Notes: generated from the sequence alone by a model not told the origin. A DNA stretch of 64,000 nt from a virus (IMGVR_UViG_642918914_000001:128001-192000); one strand, 5' to 3'; numbered from the stretch's first letter, positions 10,378 to 20,708 are shown. Translations and numbers: made by a program.

Positions 10378-10782
10378 CTACGGAATTAGGTTGAAGTTCA
10401 CCACCTGCCGATTCGATCGCAGATTCAAGGTAAAGGCAATCTGCACACGGTAGCCCGGCAGGCTGTAGTCTGGCAGGATGAACGTACTGCTTGTGTCGAT
10501 CGAGATGCGGGGTTCCCACGTCTGAATCGCCTGGATAGTCGACAGGTTCATCTTGTTGGCAGTCACATCGTCGATTGGTTCCTGTAGGAACTGAGTCCAC
10601 AGCGTACCGTACGTCGGGTTGAAGATTGGACCACGCGCACCAATCGGGCAGTTCAGAAGATTCGCCAGACTGTTGCGCACTGCGTATTCATCAGGCAGAA
10701 GATCGCCGCTACCGTCCAACGTGTAATACGTATTGGCGTCGATCCATACTGCCTGATCCCATTGTAGACCGGAGACTTGCAT
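10378..10782 (-). CDS. baseplate wedge gp25/gpW-like protein
   Basis: AVRNSLANLL..PIGAR..FNPTYGT…AIQTWEPRI; start moved to MQVSG. Confidence 0.9.
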   Translation of the reverse strand: MQVSGLQWDQAVWIDANTYYTLDGSGDLLPDEYAVRNSLANLLNCPIGARGPIFNPTYGTLWTQFLQEPIDDVTANKMNLSTIQAIQTWEPRISIDTSSTFILPDYSLPGYRVQIAFTLNLRSNRQVVNFNLIP

Positions 10783-10786
10783 ACGT

Positions 10787-11581
10787 TTAAGCCTGTTGAG
10801 GAGTGACCAAGGACGTACGAGTATCGCCACCCCCTTGAACGTTCGGCACATCGTGAACGTGGATGTCGTACAGGTGACGGAATTGACGTGCACTGAGTGT
10901 GTTACCGGTATCTGTGCTATCGGTCATATCACCGCCCGACGTCACAGTCTGGTCTGCGACGACCGGTCCGTGGAATTGATGAAGAGTGGCTGTGTACGTA
11001 GCGGTACCTCCTGCCTGGAAGTTGACGTTGCCGCTCGCTTGAATGCTGGCGTTGCCCGTCACGTTCACCTGCCAGTCACCATTGGAATTCGTTACGTCGC
11101 CGTTGACCGCGGTAATGCGCTTGCCATTGGCGTCGATATTGATGACTGCACCGCCCGCCGTCACGAACTTGTAAGTGTGCGCAGCCAGATCGTAGATGAC
11201 GATATTGCCGTCAGGGTCTTGGAATCCCCACACGTGAGCATTGGCAAACTGTGGAGGGACTGCAGGTGCCGTCAGCAGGTTGGTGTACAGCGGCTGATGT
11301 GGATCACCATCTTGCAGCTCCACCTTCACAGTGGATCCTGCTGGAGGCGTGCCGAACACTCCATACGGACCCTTAGCCCCAACACCAAATCCGAACGGAC
11401 TGTCCTTCAGCGGACCTACCCACGGCACTTCACCTGCGGACGCGTCAAACAGGCCGGGCACGTTGGCCTGAACGCGGCCCATGCCCGTTGTGTCTTGTTG
11501 ACCTGCGACAGTTCCCAAATAGTAGCCATCGCTGTAGTCTTCGCTTCCCTCGATCTGATCGTTGACTGTTTGGAAACTCAT
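10787..11581 (-). CDS. baseplate central spike (gpV/gp5 OB-fold)
   Basis: YLGTV…D..GMGRVQANVP…PW…P..GSTV.V….GDP..P; C-terminal HVH metal-binding tip. Confidence 0.85.
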   Translation of the reverse strand: MSFQTVNDQIEGSEDYSDGYYLGTVAGQQDTTGMGRVQANVPGLFDASAGEVPWVGPLKDSPFGFGVGAKGPYGVFGTPPAGSTVKVELQDGDPHQPLYTNLLTAPAVPPQFANAHVWGFQDPDGNIVIYDLAAHTYKFVTAGGAVINIDANGKRITAVNGDVTNSNGDWQVNVTGNASIQASGNVNFQAGGTATYTATLHQFHGPVVADQTVTSGGDMTDSTDTGNTLSARQFRHLYDIHVHDVPNVQGGGDTRTSLVTPQQA

Positions 11582-11590
11582 AGCATCCTC

Positions 11591-12712
11591 TTACGCCGAC
11601 TTGTACTGCATGTTCGTGCCCTGACGCACGCCCAGGATCTTCTCACCAAACGACGCACCCTGAACGAACAGCGCCTGCGCGGCGATCGTGTACTCACCTG
11701 CGTATGCGGTGTCCGACTTCTGATTCTCTGCGTCCACCGCGAAGGTGAACTTGTCGAACAGATTGAAGGTGGTCGGAGTCAGCATCAGGAACTCGACCGC
11801 CGTGTTGTACAGTGCTGCGAACCGTTGATTCTGATAGCGTGCCTGCTCGTAGGCCGGATGCGTGTTGCCGATGTCCAGCCCACCGTACGAACGATAGCCC
11901 GACACGATCTTCTGACTGATCGTTTGATTGAGCATGGGGCTCGTCACGTCGGGCACATAGGTGAGCTGCGACCAACTGTCAGTAGCCTGCGGATTGACCA
12001 GCGACTGGCCGTAGCGCGTGTGCTGGTAGCCCTGCATCTTGTTGCTCATGCCGCTGGCTGCAACCGGCTGATAGTCCATCGCCACGTAGGAGCCCGGCAC
12101 GATCTGGCCCAGAGTCACCTGCAGCTTAGACTTCGGCAGCTGATTGACGTTGCGATAGCGCAGCACACCGTCCAGCCCCAAACCCGCGACCATGTAGGAC
12201 GTGTTGTTGACGTAACCGCGAGCCACCACCGCCTTGACGAACTCAGCATACGAGCGATTGCGAGGCGTCCACAGTTGACTGTCGGTTGTCGACACACCGT
12301 CGTACTTCAGACCACACGTCGCTGCGATCTGCTTCAGCACCTCGTCTGAGGTTCCGCGAATGCTTGTGGTACTGGTGCCCGCCCAGTACAGAGGACTGTC
12401 CCAGTAGCCGTCAACATCATAGACGAAGCACTCACCGTTGAACGACTTCTTGTGATTAAATTTCCGAAAGCTGTACGTGCGCTGATCACCACCCAACGCA
12501 CGCAGGGTGATGGTCAGCGGGATGCCATCCTGCAGATTGAACGCGTCCATCGCGTGACGCGCATCCCCAATGACGAAGCGGCAAGTGGGAACACGAGTGC
12601 GCGTTGAACAGCCAATGTGCAGCATGTGCAGGAAGTTCAAGGTGTCGAGCGGAAACTCCACACCATCGATGAGGATCGTTACTTCCAACCGATCGGCTAC
12701 TGTGTATCCCAT
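11591..12712 (-). CDS. baseplate hub (gp27/gpD-like)
   Basis: SDEVLKQIAATCGL motif; lies between the LysM-like and spike genes. Confidence 0.65.
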   Translation of the reverse strand: MGYTVADRLEVTILIDGVEFPLDTLNFLHMLHIGCSTRTRVPTCRFVIGDARHAMDAFNLQDGIPLTITLRALGGDQRTYSFRKFNHKKSFNGECFVYDVDGYWDSPLYWAGTSTTSIRGTSDEVLKQIAATCGLKYDGVSTTDSQLWTPRNRSYAEFVKAVVARGYVNNTSYMVAGLGLDGVLRYRNVNQLPKSKLQVTLGQIVPGSYVAMDYQPVAASGMSNKMQGYQHTRYGQSLVNPQATDSWSQLTYVPDVTSPMLNQTISQKIVSGYRSYGGLDIGNTHPAYEQARYQNQRFAALYNTAVEFLMLTPTTFNLFDKFTFAVDAENQKSDTAYAGEYTIAAQALFVQGASFGEKILGVRQGTNMQYKSA

Positions 12713-12715
12713 GAC

Positions 12716-13060
12716 TCAGATGGTGATCGTTTGTTGACGGTTCGTTTGCTGACGGCTGATGAAGGCCAGCAGACTTGCCTTGCTTGGGATCTTCAACACG
12801 ACGCCGGGTTGCACATCGGTCAGGGGATCGCTCAGGCCGTTGTACGACAACAGAGCGTGCCACAGACTGGTGTCCGCATACAGATTGTAGGCCAAGCCCG
12901 GCAGATTGAATGCAGTGCTTGCGTCCAACGTCACTTGCTGCGACTGCTGAACGTTGAAACGGACGTTCTTGAAGCCAGATCGGAAGATGTCGATGTAGCC
13001 AGTGTTGTCCACCGGCGTGTACTTCGAGTAGTTGAAATCGCCAGAGTAGGTTCCGCTCAT
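12716..13060 (-). CDS. baseplate gp53/LysM-like protein
   Basis: LAYNLYADTSLWHALLSYNGLSDP…VQPGVVLKIP. Confidence 0.85.
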   Translation of the reverse strand: MSGTYSGDFNYSKYTPVDNTGYIDIFRSGFKNVRFNVQQSQQVTLDASTAFNLPGLAYNLYADTSLWHALLSYNGLSDPLTDVQPGVVLKIPSKASLLAFISRQQTNRQQTITI

Positions 13061-13071
13061 GCTCGTACTCC

Positions 13072-13986
13072 TTAGCCCAGATTGAAGACGCCAGCACGAC
13101 CACCGAGGCCCGAACCCAACAGCGCGCCGCTATTGCCTCGATTCAGGTACACGTTGTCCAGATCGTCTTGCGTCAGGACGAACATGGGCCGGAAGCCGAT
13201 GCCGACCTTCACGTGGTGCGGCAGGTGCGTCAGGCTGTCGAAGTTGCTGGAGAACGTCTGCGCGATGCGGGTGATCACCACGTTGTCGAACAGCAGATAT
13301 TCGCCAATCTGAATGCTGATGCGGTTGGACACCAGACTCTTCCAGTACTGAGCGCTGCCCAAGTTCGGGTTGTCGGTGGTGGATGTGACGCCCGCCGTGT
13401 TGTTCCCGTCAGTGGACTGCTGATTGGTGTTGATCATGGCACTCGGGTAGAACAGACCGCTGCCCAATCCAGTGCTCACTACCTTCGGATTGTAGTTGTA
13501 CGAGGCACTGGACGAGCTAGTGGTGCCCTGCTGCGTGAAGATGTTCTTGCCCTCGGTCAACGCGTCCTTCGCCAGTTTCTGAAGCTGAGCAAAGTCCAGC
13601 TGAGGACCGGGGCTGATGAGCAGTCCGCTTTCCTTGCTGATGCTGGGGGTCGTCATCTTCATCAGGTTGAGGATGGGCAGTCGCACGTCAGTCGCAGGAT
13701 CGTTTTCCGTGTGGAACTCAACCTCGAAATACAGGTCACCCGTCGTTGTGCCTTGCCACAACTGAGCGGTCAGCGACTGGACTGCGAGCTTCACACCCAT
13801 GACGGCGAGCGCGTTGTTCACCGTCTTGTTGTCGGTAATGCCTTGCGGCATCAGCGGTTCGTACGAAGAGTCGGTCTCAAACTGAATGCTGTCCGGCAGC
13901 GGAGCAGTCACAGAGATGTTGGGCTTGGAGCTGCCGGGCACGCCATACTGCTGGATGTACGCGAGATATGCTGAGTTCAGAGCCAT
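13072..13986 (-). CDS. tail tube initiator/baseplate protein (gp48-like)
   Basis: ISIQIGEYLLFDNVVIT…P..VKVGIGF tube-like fold; synteny. Confidence 0.55.
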   Translation of the reverse strand: MALNSAYLAYIQQYGVPGSSKPNISVTAPLPDSIQFETDSSYEPLMPQGITDNKTVNNALAVMGVKLAVQSLTAQLWQGTTTGDLYFEVEFHTENDPATDVRLPILNLMKMTTPSISKESGLLISPGPQLDFAQLQKLAKDALTEGKNIFTQQGTTSSSSASYNYNPKVVSTGLGSGLFYPSAMINTNQQSTDGNNTAGVTSTTDNPNLGSAQYWKSLVSNRISIQIGEYLLFDNVVITRIAQTFSSNFDSLTHLPHHVKVGIGFRPMFVLTQDDLDNVYLNRGNSGALLGSGLGGRAGVFNLG

Positions 13987-13994
13987 GATGCATC

Positions 13995-15338
13995 CTATGA
14001 CGCGCTGTTGAGCGCAATCGTTGTGTTACGTGGCCCACGGACCAGAGTGCGGTCCTGCGGCTGATTCTGTGCGATTGTTGACGGTGTGGGGCGTGCTGTC
14101 CCGTTAGTGGCCTGTGGTGCGCCACGTGAGGTGGCGGCAATCGTCGTGCTGGGAGTCAGCACGTTAGCTCCCTGCCCGTACGTAGCGCGTTCCGCCTGCA
14201 ACACGTTCGCCATCTCTTGGGCTGAGATAGAAGCCCGGTTGCCTTGGATCCCGTCGTAGTACGACACACGACCATCGCTGATCTGACCATTGCGAATGCG
14301 ATAGCCAGCCGGAGCAGCGACCGACGCCCATTCTTGGGACAAGGCGAGCACCGCACCCCACAGGTCATCAGTCTGTCCGCGAACATAACGCATGACCTGC
14401 GTGCGAACCTGAGTCACCATGTACTCAAACGCTCGATTCTGGAACGCCTGATCGAACATCGTAGTCTGTGGATTGATGCCGAGACCGTGGACAACGGACG
14501 CGAGCGTGCCGCGAATGAACTGATAGCGGCCGACTGCGTTGTAGTTGCCAATGTCCTGCTGATGCTGAATCTGTGCCACCGTCATGTGGATCAGATCTTC
14601 GTGCCCTGCACGTCCCGCACGTGCACTGCGTGCGCTGTAGTTCACGCTGTTGTAGTCACCTTCGCCGCGTGAGATCAAAGCCTTCAGTCGACCAAGAGGT
14701 TCGCTGTCGCCGACACCGCCACGCACGGGACCAGCAACCGACGACGGAGCGGCCCCTACGGGAGTGGGCACCACTTGCGCGGAGCTTGGAGCAGGTGGCG
14801 TCGGGCTGATCTTCTCGGCGGTCTCTGGGAAGAAGCGACGCAGAACCGACATTGCCACCCAGCCCAGACCCGCAACACCTGCGATGATAGCAGCCGCGAT
14901 CAACACTTCCGGGGCCATGACTACGGCCACAACCCCTTCCAGCAACGGAACCAGCAGACTACGGGCGACGAACGACAGCGCGCCGCCCACAACGTCGAAC
15001 GCCAGCCACTTAACAGCACGCCACAACCCCATGAAGATGACGCGAGCCACTCCACGAGTAGCGATCCACGCGGCCTCCTTGGCCAACCAACGACCAACGC
15101 GACCCAGTAGCCCTTCTTCATTGTCAGGATCAGATTGCATCATCCGATCCATCCAATGCACAGCGCCCAGTGTGGCTAGGATATGATCTTCGGTCTCGGC
15201 GCGAGTGCGTGCGTTTTCCAGCAACTGCTGCATGTTGCTTGGGATTTGCGTGAAGAGGCGCGACTGCTCTTGCTCATCTTCAATCACATTTCCCACGTGT
15301 GGTTTGCCGTACGCAACGGCCAATTCCAAGAAGTCCAT
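13995..15338 (-). CDS. tail-associated lysozyme-like muramidase
   Basis: ISRGEGDYNSVN, AVGRYQFI..TL, FDQAFQ, LSQEWAS lysozyme motifs, preceded by a hydrophobic segment. Confidence 0.8.
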   Translation of the reverse strand: MDFLELAVAYGKPHVGNVIEDEQEQSRLFTQIPSNMQQLLENARTRAETEDHILATLGAVHWMDRMMQSDPDNEEGLLGRVGRWLAKEAAWIATRGVARVIFMGLWRAVKWLAFDVVGGALSFVARSLLVPLLEGVVAVVMAPEVLIAAAIIAGVAGLGWVAMSVLRRFFPETAEKISPTPPAPSSAQVVPTPVGAAPSSVAGPVRGGVGDSEPLGRLKALISRGEGDYNSVNYSARSARAGRAGHEDLIHMTVAQIQHQQDIGNYNAVGRYQFIRGTLASVVHGLGINPQTTMFDQAFQNRAFEYMVTQVRTQVMRYVRGQTDDLWGAVLALSQEWASVAAPAGYRIRNGQISDGRVSYYDGIQGNRASISAQEMANVLQAERATYGQGANVLTPSTTIAATSRGAPQATNGTARPTPSTIAQNQPQDRTLVRGPRNTTIALNSAS

Positions 15339-15342
15339 GATC

Positions 15343-17211
15343 CTATCCTAGCATGCCACTGTTCATCAACAGGAAGGTATCGTCGATCGCCGGGTTGAAG
15401 CCAAAGCTTCGCATGTTGACCGGCGCCGTGCCCTGTACAGGACTCTTACCAGGAACCTGAAGGCCAGATCCAGCAGCCCCTTGCTGCGAACCGGGTGCCG
15501 GAGTTGCGGTGCCCGGAGTGATCTGCACCTGATTCTGGTTGTTGACCGTCGTGTTAGACGTCGGTCGCCGACTGTCCTTATACAGAGCGTTGGGCGCTGT
15601 GCTGTTGATCGTGGTGTTGGACGAATTGTCTACAGACGTACGCGTCGGCGCCGTGCTGGCAGGAGCCGCCGGTACTTGCTGAGTGCCGCTCAGATTGCCC
15701 CCGTTGGGCATCGGCCCCAACAGTGCGGTCTGTGCTTGCGATGCAGGGTTGGAAGGTATGGCCGACGCTGGAGTGCCGGAAGACGAACCCGTAGTAGCTC
15801 CGGCTACCGAAGTCTTACTCTCGGCTTCGGCTAGACGCTTGAGCTCCTCTGGAGTAGCCTTCACGCCGGGTAGTGCTTTGCCCGAGGCCGTGGCTTCCTT
15901 CTCCATCGTGTTGGCGCTCTTGTCATCCGCCTTCTTCAGGCCGAGCTTTTCCTTGATCCAATCCCAGATGGCGCCGGACGTGTCCTTCATCCAGTCCCAC
16001 ACCTTGCCGCCCACTGCCTTGATGTTGTCCAACGTCACGTACTTGTCGTACAGGTCCGTGATCTCACCCCACGCACTCTTGGCGATCTTGATGATGTTGT
16101 CGAACGTCACGTACTCGTTGAACTTGTCGACCAGCGTCTTCCACAACTGCGGAGTCAGCAGCATGGCCATCAAGCCCTTACCCAAGGCCGTCAGCCAACT
16201 GAAGCCGGTTTTACCCGTCTTCTTCATGCCGCTCCACTTGGCACCGGTCCAGTCCGCAAACGACTTCCACCATGCGTCAGCCTTCCGGCTTTCTGCTTCG
16301 CGTACGTCCTCGTGCGAATCGTTTTCAGGCCCCAGCTCACGCTGTTCGTCACGTCCCTCGAAGTACGAGGTAAGGCGCGCGTATAGGTCGTCCAGATCGC
16401 TGACTCGCCCCTGCGCAGGAACCACCGAGCTGTCCGCAACCGAGGACAGGCCAGTGGTGACCGCCTGCGTGGACGTATCAGTGAACGACACATCAGCCAC
16501 GCTTTCATCCGGGATGTTGCGCTGCCCAATGAGCTCCAGCGCCTTGGCCGTCAATCCATACTGCAGGTCAGGACGGCGCTTGGTGTAGCGAAGCTTCTTC
16601 TGCTCTTGCGTGGGAATCTGCTTGTGCAGCTCTTCGCGGAACTCGGACAGGGTCTCCTGGAACATCGCGAAGATACGATCCAGCAGCGTATCCTCACGAC
16701 GTTCCCATTCGGCGACCCACTGCGCCTGCGCATCACGATCCGTCAGTTCCTCAACCAGCAGCTCGTTGTTCGCCAACAGATCGTCGACCGTAGGCAAGTC
16801 TTGCGGCGGCAGGAATCGACGGAAGTCGGAGAACGAGTTGCTGAGCGCACGACTGGTAGCCTCGTTCTGCTCCAGCGCCGACAGTTCGATCAGATCAGCA
16901 ATCTGGCCAACGATGTCCGGAGTTTGCTTAGCCAATGCCTTGTTGACCGCCACCTCGAACTCAGTCAGACCGTCAGCCACCACAGACTTCACATCTGCCA
17001 CTTGCTTGCGTGCGACGTCCATGGCCGTAGCCACCGCCTCGTCAAACACGTTGCTGGCCACCCCGCTCAACTGGGACAGTGACTTGCTGATGGCGTTCAG
17101 ATCGTTCTGTGTGGCGACACCTTGTGCCACCTTGGCAAGACTGGTGCCTACGCTGTTCTGTAGGCTTTCCCATTTCCGACGCTCGCGATCAGTGCGAAAG
17201 TTTGCTGCCAT
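15343..17211 (-). CDS. tape measure-like protein
   Basis: Helical N-terminus, Trp-periodic repeats (AWGEI…VWDWMK…IWDWIK), low-complexity C-terminus; synteny. Confidence 0.55.
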   Translation of the reverse strand: MAANFRTDRERRKWESLQNSVGTSLAKVAQGVATQNDLNAISKSLSQLSGVASNVFDEAVATAMDVARKQVADVKSVVADGLTEFEVAVNKALAKQTPDIVGQIADLIELSALEQNEATSRALSNSFSDFRRFLPPQDLPTVDDLLANNELLVEELTDRDAQAQWVAEWERREDTLLDRIFAMFQETLSEFREELHKQIPTQEQKKLRYTKRRPDLQYGLTAKALELIGQRNIPDESVADVSFTDTSTQAVTTGLSSVADSSVVPAQGRVSDLDDLYARLTSYFEGRDEQRELGPENDSHEDVREAESRKADAWWKSFADWTGAKWSGMKKTGKTGFSWLTALGKGLMAMLLTPQLWKTLVDKFNEYVTFDNIIKIAKSAWGEITDLYDKYVTLDNIKAVGGKVWDWMKDTSGAIWDWIKEKLGLKKADDKSANTMEKEATASGKALPGVKATPEELKRLAEAESKTSVAGATTGSSSGTPASAIPSNPASQAQTALLGPMPNGGNLSGTQQVPAAPASTAPTRTSVDNSSNTTINSTAPNALYKDSRRPTSNTTVNNQNQVQITPGTATPAPGSQQGAAGSGLQVPGKSPVQGTAPVNMRSFGFNPAIDDTFLLMNSGMLG

Positions 17212-17223
17212 GATGACCTCCGC

Positions 17224-17376
17224 TTACCCGACAAAGATGTTGCCGTTCTGCGCTGCTTCGATGCGATCGTTGCGGCGCTTCATGGCGAACTCGGATAGCT
17301 GTTGGAAACGATAGATCGGCGTGTTGTCGCTCACCTCAAACCCATATTCAGCCGCGATCAGCACATGCCGATCCAT
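17224..17376 (-). CDS. small baseplate/tail assembly protein (gp51-like position)
   Basis: 50-aa ORF MDRHVLIAAEYG…NIFVG filling the gap; not in the ORF track. Confidence 0.55.
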   Translation of the reverse strand: MDRHVLIAAEYGFEVSDNTPIYRFQQLSEFAMKRRNDRIEAAQNGNIFVG

Positions 17377-17383
17377 GACTTCC

Positions 17384-18538
17384 TTAGGATTTGCCAGAGG
17401 CCAGAAACGAGTGCGCGTCGATGATCAGCTTACTGACCTGCGACGCGCCACACCCTTTACAAGTAACTTGAATCGACTCTTGAACACCGTAGCCCTTCAT
17501 GATGGCTTCATACTGCTTGAGCATGTGGGCCTGATCCGGGGTCAGGTCCTCCATCATATCCAGGCGCTCACGTAGCGAGTACCAACGGTCGCGGCCTTGC
17601 GTGTGGCTGGCCTGCGAACACAGATAGGCAAACTCGCTGCGTGTGTTGGGGTCCTTCATCTCAGGCGCATCCAGGAACTCCAGCACGTCAGCCATGGTAG
17701 GCGGCGACGGCACCAGCGGATGATCTTCGCCCAGCGTGAAGACTGCGGGGTCCGGAATCTGCTCCAGGTCCTTCACCTGCACGTTGGTACGATTCACCAC
17801 GTGGGTGATCTTCAGACTGTCGCGGTCCTTGGTCCCAGCCTTCACCTGCTCCAAGTGCTCGATGTTCTTACACATCGTGTTGTGGATGAAGCTGGTCTTC
17901 GTGAACGAGTTATGGCGCAGCCACAGCATGATCGCGAAGAAGTCTGGCATCGTCAGCATGGGGGCTAGATTCGTGTAGCCCTCTGTGCTCGTGTAGATGA
18001 CGCTGGACACAGCTTCCACGATCGGCTGCAGACTTCCCTCGTTGGCTGCACGCTGCAACTTGGCCAGATGCGCGTTCTTGAAGGGAACGACGTACAGGTC
18101 CTGGAATCCGTAGAATGCGAAGCGGCTGGGCAGCGCCAAGCTCGTGCCGTCTGCCGACGCCATCGGCACAACGAATGCAGGCTGCGGATTGTCGACCATT
18201 GCTGCGTCCACAGGCGGTGCGCTCATCGGCTTCGGAGGTTCGTACCACTCGCCCGGCGGATCCTGTGCCATAGCCTTCAAACGCGGATCGATCGCCGGTC
18301 CGTTGTTGGCAGTCATCGGATGTTGAGTCGGCGGGCGCTGTGCTGCCTTTTGCTGCTGCACACGAGGACTGGGTTGAGCGGGAGCCGGCTGATGGGGGAT
18401 CGTAGGCTTGGCCTGCGGAGTGTACACTGCGCGAGGTGCACCGCGCTGTCCACGGGCCTGAGCAATGCGGTCCTTCACCTCCTGCGGGAATTCCATCGAC
18501 GTGGTCGAATGGACGACTGGTGCGGAAGAGTTTGTCAT
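17384..18538 (-). CDS. baseplate hub assembly chaperone (T4 gp26-like)
   Basis: LALPSR, DFFAIMLWLRHNS, C…H, C-terminal CKGCG…SFL; Pro/Gln-rich N-terminus. Confidence 0.65.
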   Translation of the reverse strand: MTNSSAPVVHSTTSMEFPQEVKDRIAQARGQRGAPRAVYTPQAKPTIPHQPAPAQPSPRVQQQKAAQRPPTQHPMTANNGPAIDPRLKAMAQDPPGEWYEPPKPMSAPPVDAAMVDNPQPAFVVPMASADGTSLALPSRFAFYGFQDLYVVPFKNAHLAKLQRAANEGSLQPIVEAVSSVIYTSTEGYTNLAPMLTMPDFFAIMLWLRHNSFTKTSFIHNTMCKNIEHLEQVKAGTKDRDSLKITHVVNRTNVQVKDLEQIPDPAVFTLGEDHPLVPSPPTMADVLEFLDAPEMKDPNTRSEFAYLCSQASHTQGRDRWYSLRERLDMMEDLTPDQAHMLKQYEAIMKGYGVQESIQVTCKGCGASQVSKLIIDAHSFLASGKS

Positions 18539-18553
18539 ATGCGTATGAACTGG

Positions 18554-19642
18554 TTAGAACAGCGCGCTGATGCCCTGACCCAACAGGCCGAGCCCAGCAT
18601 TGGCAACGTCGGTAATGCCTTGTTTCACAACATCACCCAACGACGGAGGGACTTCAATCAGGTTGATGAATACATCACCCACGGAGAAGTCCACTTGATG
18701 GATGATGCGCTCGCTGCTGGAACTGACGAGGGCGTATGGAGAAATATCCAGTGGATAGCACTCAACGTACTGGATGTTCATCAGCACGTTCTTGTCAGGG
18801 TCCAGCATGTAGATGTTGATCGGACGCTTGTAGTCCGTGGGCCGATTCCACCCGCCGCCCAGCACTTCACTGTACTGAGATGCGAACGGATTGAGAACGG
18901 TAGCCTGCCACGCCTGAAGATACTGAAGGCTGACGTTGCGCGTGTCAGCATACAGGCCAAGCCGCAGATTCCCAACGCTGTAGCGACTCGGGTAATGACG
19001 TTCGCGACCCTCACGGAAGATGGAGATCTGGGAGTACTGACGGAATGGGCACGTGGCATCTTCCACGTAGTACCACGGCAACTGCGAAGTACCAACGCCA
19101 GCCTGCGCGCCGCCCAGTGGTCCGCTCAGTGGATTAGATTGTAGGAAGTTGGACACTGCATCGACGAACGAGCTGCCAGTGGACGTGGTCGAGCCTTGTT
19201 GCGTGGTGTTACCTACGATCGGCAATTGACAGTACCAGAAGCAACCGAGCAACGGATCGCTACGTGCTTGCGCACCGCCCAATGCGTCGCCGGGTGATAC
19301 ACCACCGGATCCACTCATGGCGAAGTCGCCACCACCGCTGCTCAGAGCGATACCTGATCCGCTGAGCAGTCCGCTGAACGCGGAGTCTGCGATCATTCCA
19401 GGGTTGAAGCTGGAGATAGCACCAGACACGTCGCCCCTGACGAGGGAAGACAGGGCACTACCCGCCTGACCAACGGCTTCCTGCACTCCCTTATTTACGG
19501 CGTTGCTTACACCCTTAGAAACAGCATTGGAGAGTTGTCGTTCGGTATCACCCACAACGTTCTTCACGCTGTTAGATTGACCCATGACAGAGTTGCGCAA
19601 TCGATTCTCTGCGGCACCAACCGCATCCTTAACGAAAGGCAT
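18554..19642 (-). CDS. tail tube-like/baseplate protein (gp54-like)
   Basis: YKRPINIYMLD…YVECYPLDISPYAL…VDFSV tube fold; GAGGA RBS before MPFVKD. Confidence 0.65.
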   Translation of the reverse strand: MPFVKDAVGAAENRLRNSVMGQSNSVKNVVGDTERQLSNAVSKGVSNAVNKGVQEAVGQAGSALSSLVRGDVSGAISSFNPGMIADSAFSGLLSGSGIALSSGGGDFAMSGSGGVSPGDALGGAQARSDPLLGCFWYCQLPIVGNTTQQGSTTSTGSSFVDAVSNFLQSNPLSGPLGGAQAGVGTSQLPWYYVEDATCPFRQYSQISIFREGRERHYPSRYSVGNLRLGLYADTRNVSLQYLQAWQATVLNPFASQYSEVLGGGWNRPTDYKRPINIYMLDPDKNVLMNIQYVECYPLDISPYALVSSSSERIIHQVDFSVGDVFINLIEVPPSLGDVVKQGITDVANAGLGLLGQGISALF

Positions 19643-19874
19643 TTGATATTCCTTCTTTAAAGAAGGAACCACGCATTTAAAGCATTAACCTCGAAGGGAG
19701 CGCGTGGCTCCTCGGGTAGGAAAAGAATGGAAGTGCCAGGACTGAGCGACTCCTGTTGCAAGCACTTCCGTAACTGTCAGGTGCGGAGAACTCTTCCGTT
19801 GAATCGGGATGACCTAACCAAGCACCCCAAACTCCGACCCTGCACTGCGCTCATCTTACTGTAAAATTGGCGGA

Positions 19875-20375
19875 TCACCCCAGATTTGGCGACCAAACTT
19901 GGAAGGCGACCGGGTCCGTTGGAATGTATCCGTTGGGGGCCGGTCGTTCCAAGCTCAGCGTGTCCGGCGACAGGCGTCCCTGCGGAGGCAGATAGTAGCC
20001 GTTGCCTTGATCTGGATCCACTTGCAGAAGGAAGTTCGGGTCCTTCTCGCGGACCTGAAGATCGCGCTGCACTTCACTGGTACACCAGTCCGGCGCCAGC
20101 GGGAACTGATCTCCAACCTTGTACAGCAGCCAGACTCGCGCCTTCTGCGGAATGGGCAGGCGGCGAATGCCCAGGGTCTTCAGCAGCGTGTCGGCCTTCT
20201 GGCTTTCACTCACCACGATCAGCTCTTCACCACGAGACAGCGTGCTGCAACACGCCATCAGATCACGGAGCAGTTGACCTTCCACCGCAGGTGTGTAGGC
20301 ATCGAACAGAATGCCGACATACTGACGATTGGTGGTCGACACGTCGGTGTCCAGCTTGTTGGGTACGTGAGGCAT
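19875..20375 (-). CDS. hypothetical protein
   Basis: ORF preceded by a GGGGG purine-rich RBS and coupled to its neighbour. Confidence 0.6.
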   Translation of the reverse strand: MPHVPNKLDTDVSTTNRQYVGILFDAYTPAVEGQLLRDLMACCSTLSRGEELIVVSESQKADTLLKTLGIRRLPIPQKARVWLLYKVGDQFPLAPDWCTSEVQRDLQVREKDPNFLLQVDPDQGNGYYLPPQGRLSPDTLSLERPAPNGYIPTDPVAFQVWSPNLG

Positions 20376-20376
20376 A

Positions 20377-20697
20377 TCACACCCCCTTAGCAAGACGTTG
20401 GGCCGTCTCCAGATCGATGGTCAGGACTCGGTTCTTGTCTTCCGGAAAGATCAGACGAATCTGCTTGCCGTTGGTCGACGGACGAACACCGAACTTCGTG
20501 CCCTTCTTGATCTCGATGTCCTTGCCACGGAAGCTGACGGTGACGGGCTTTGCACCCTTGAAGGTGAACCAGTCGTAATCCGTCTCAGGAAGGATGCGAG
20601 CCACGGTATGCGGCATGGGCCGACTGTCAACCGCTCCTGGGGCGGTCACATCGGTTGCCTGAAGCCGCTGGACTGCGGCACTGATGAAAGAGTACAT
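20377..20697 (-). CDS. hypothetical protein
   Basis: 106-aa ORF in the operon. Confidence 0.65.
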   Translation of the reverse strand: MYSFISAAVQRLQATDVTAPGAVDSRPMPHTVARILPETDYDWFTFKGAKPVTVSFRGKDIEIKKGTKFGVRPSTNGKQIRLIFPEDKNRVLTIDLETAQRLAKGV

Positions 20698-20708
20698 GAA
20701 AGCGCCCC

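Noticed and set aside
19492-19500. TATTTACGG copy of the promoter motif
   Set aside because: It lies inside a coding region (AVNK) far from any start codon and is probably chance.
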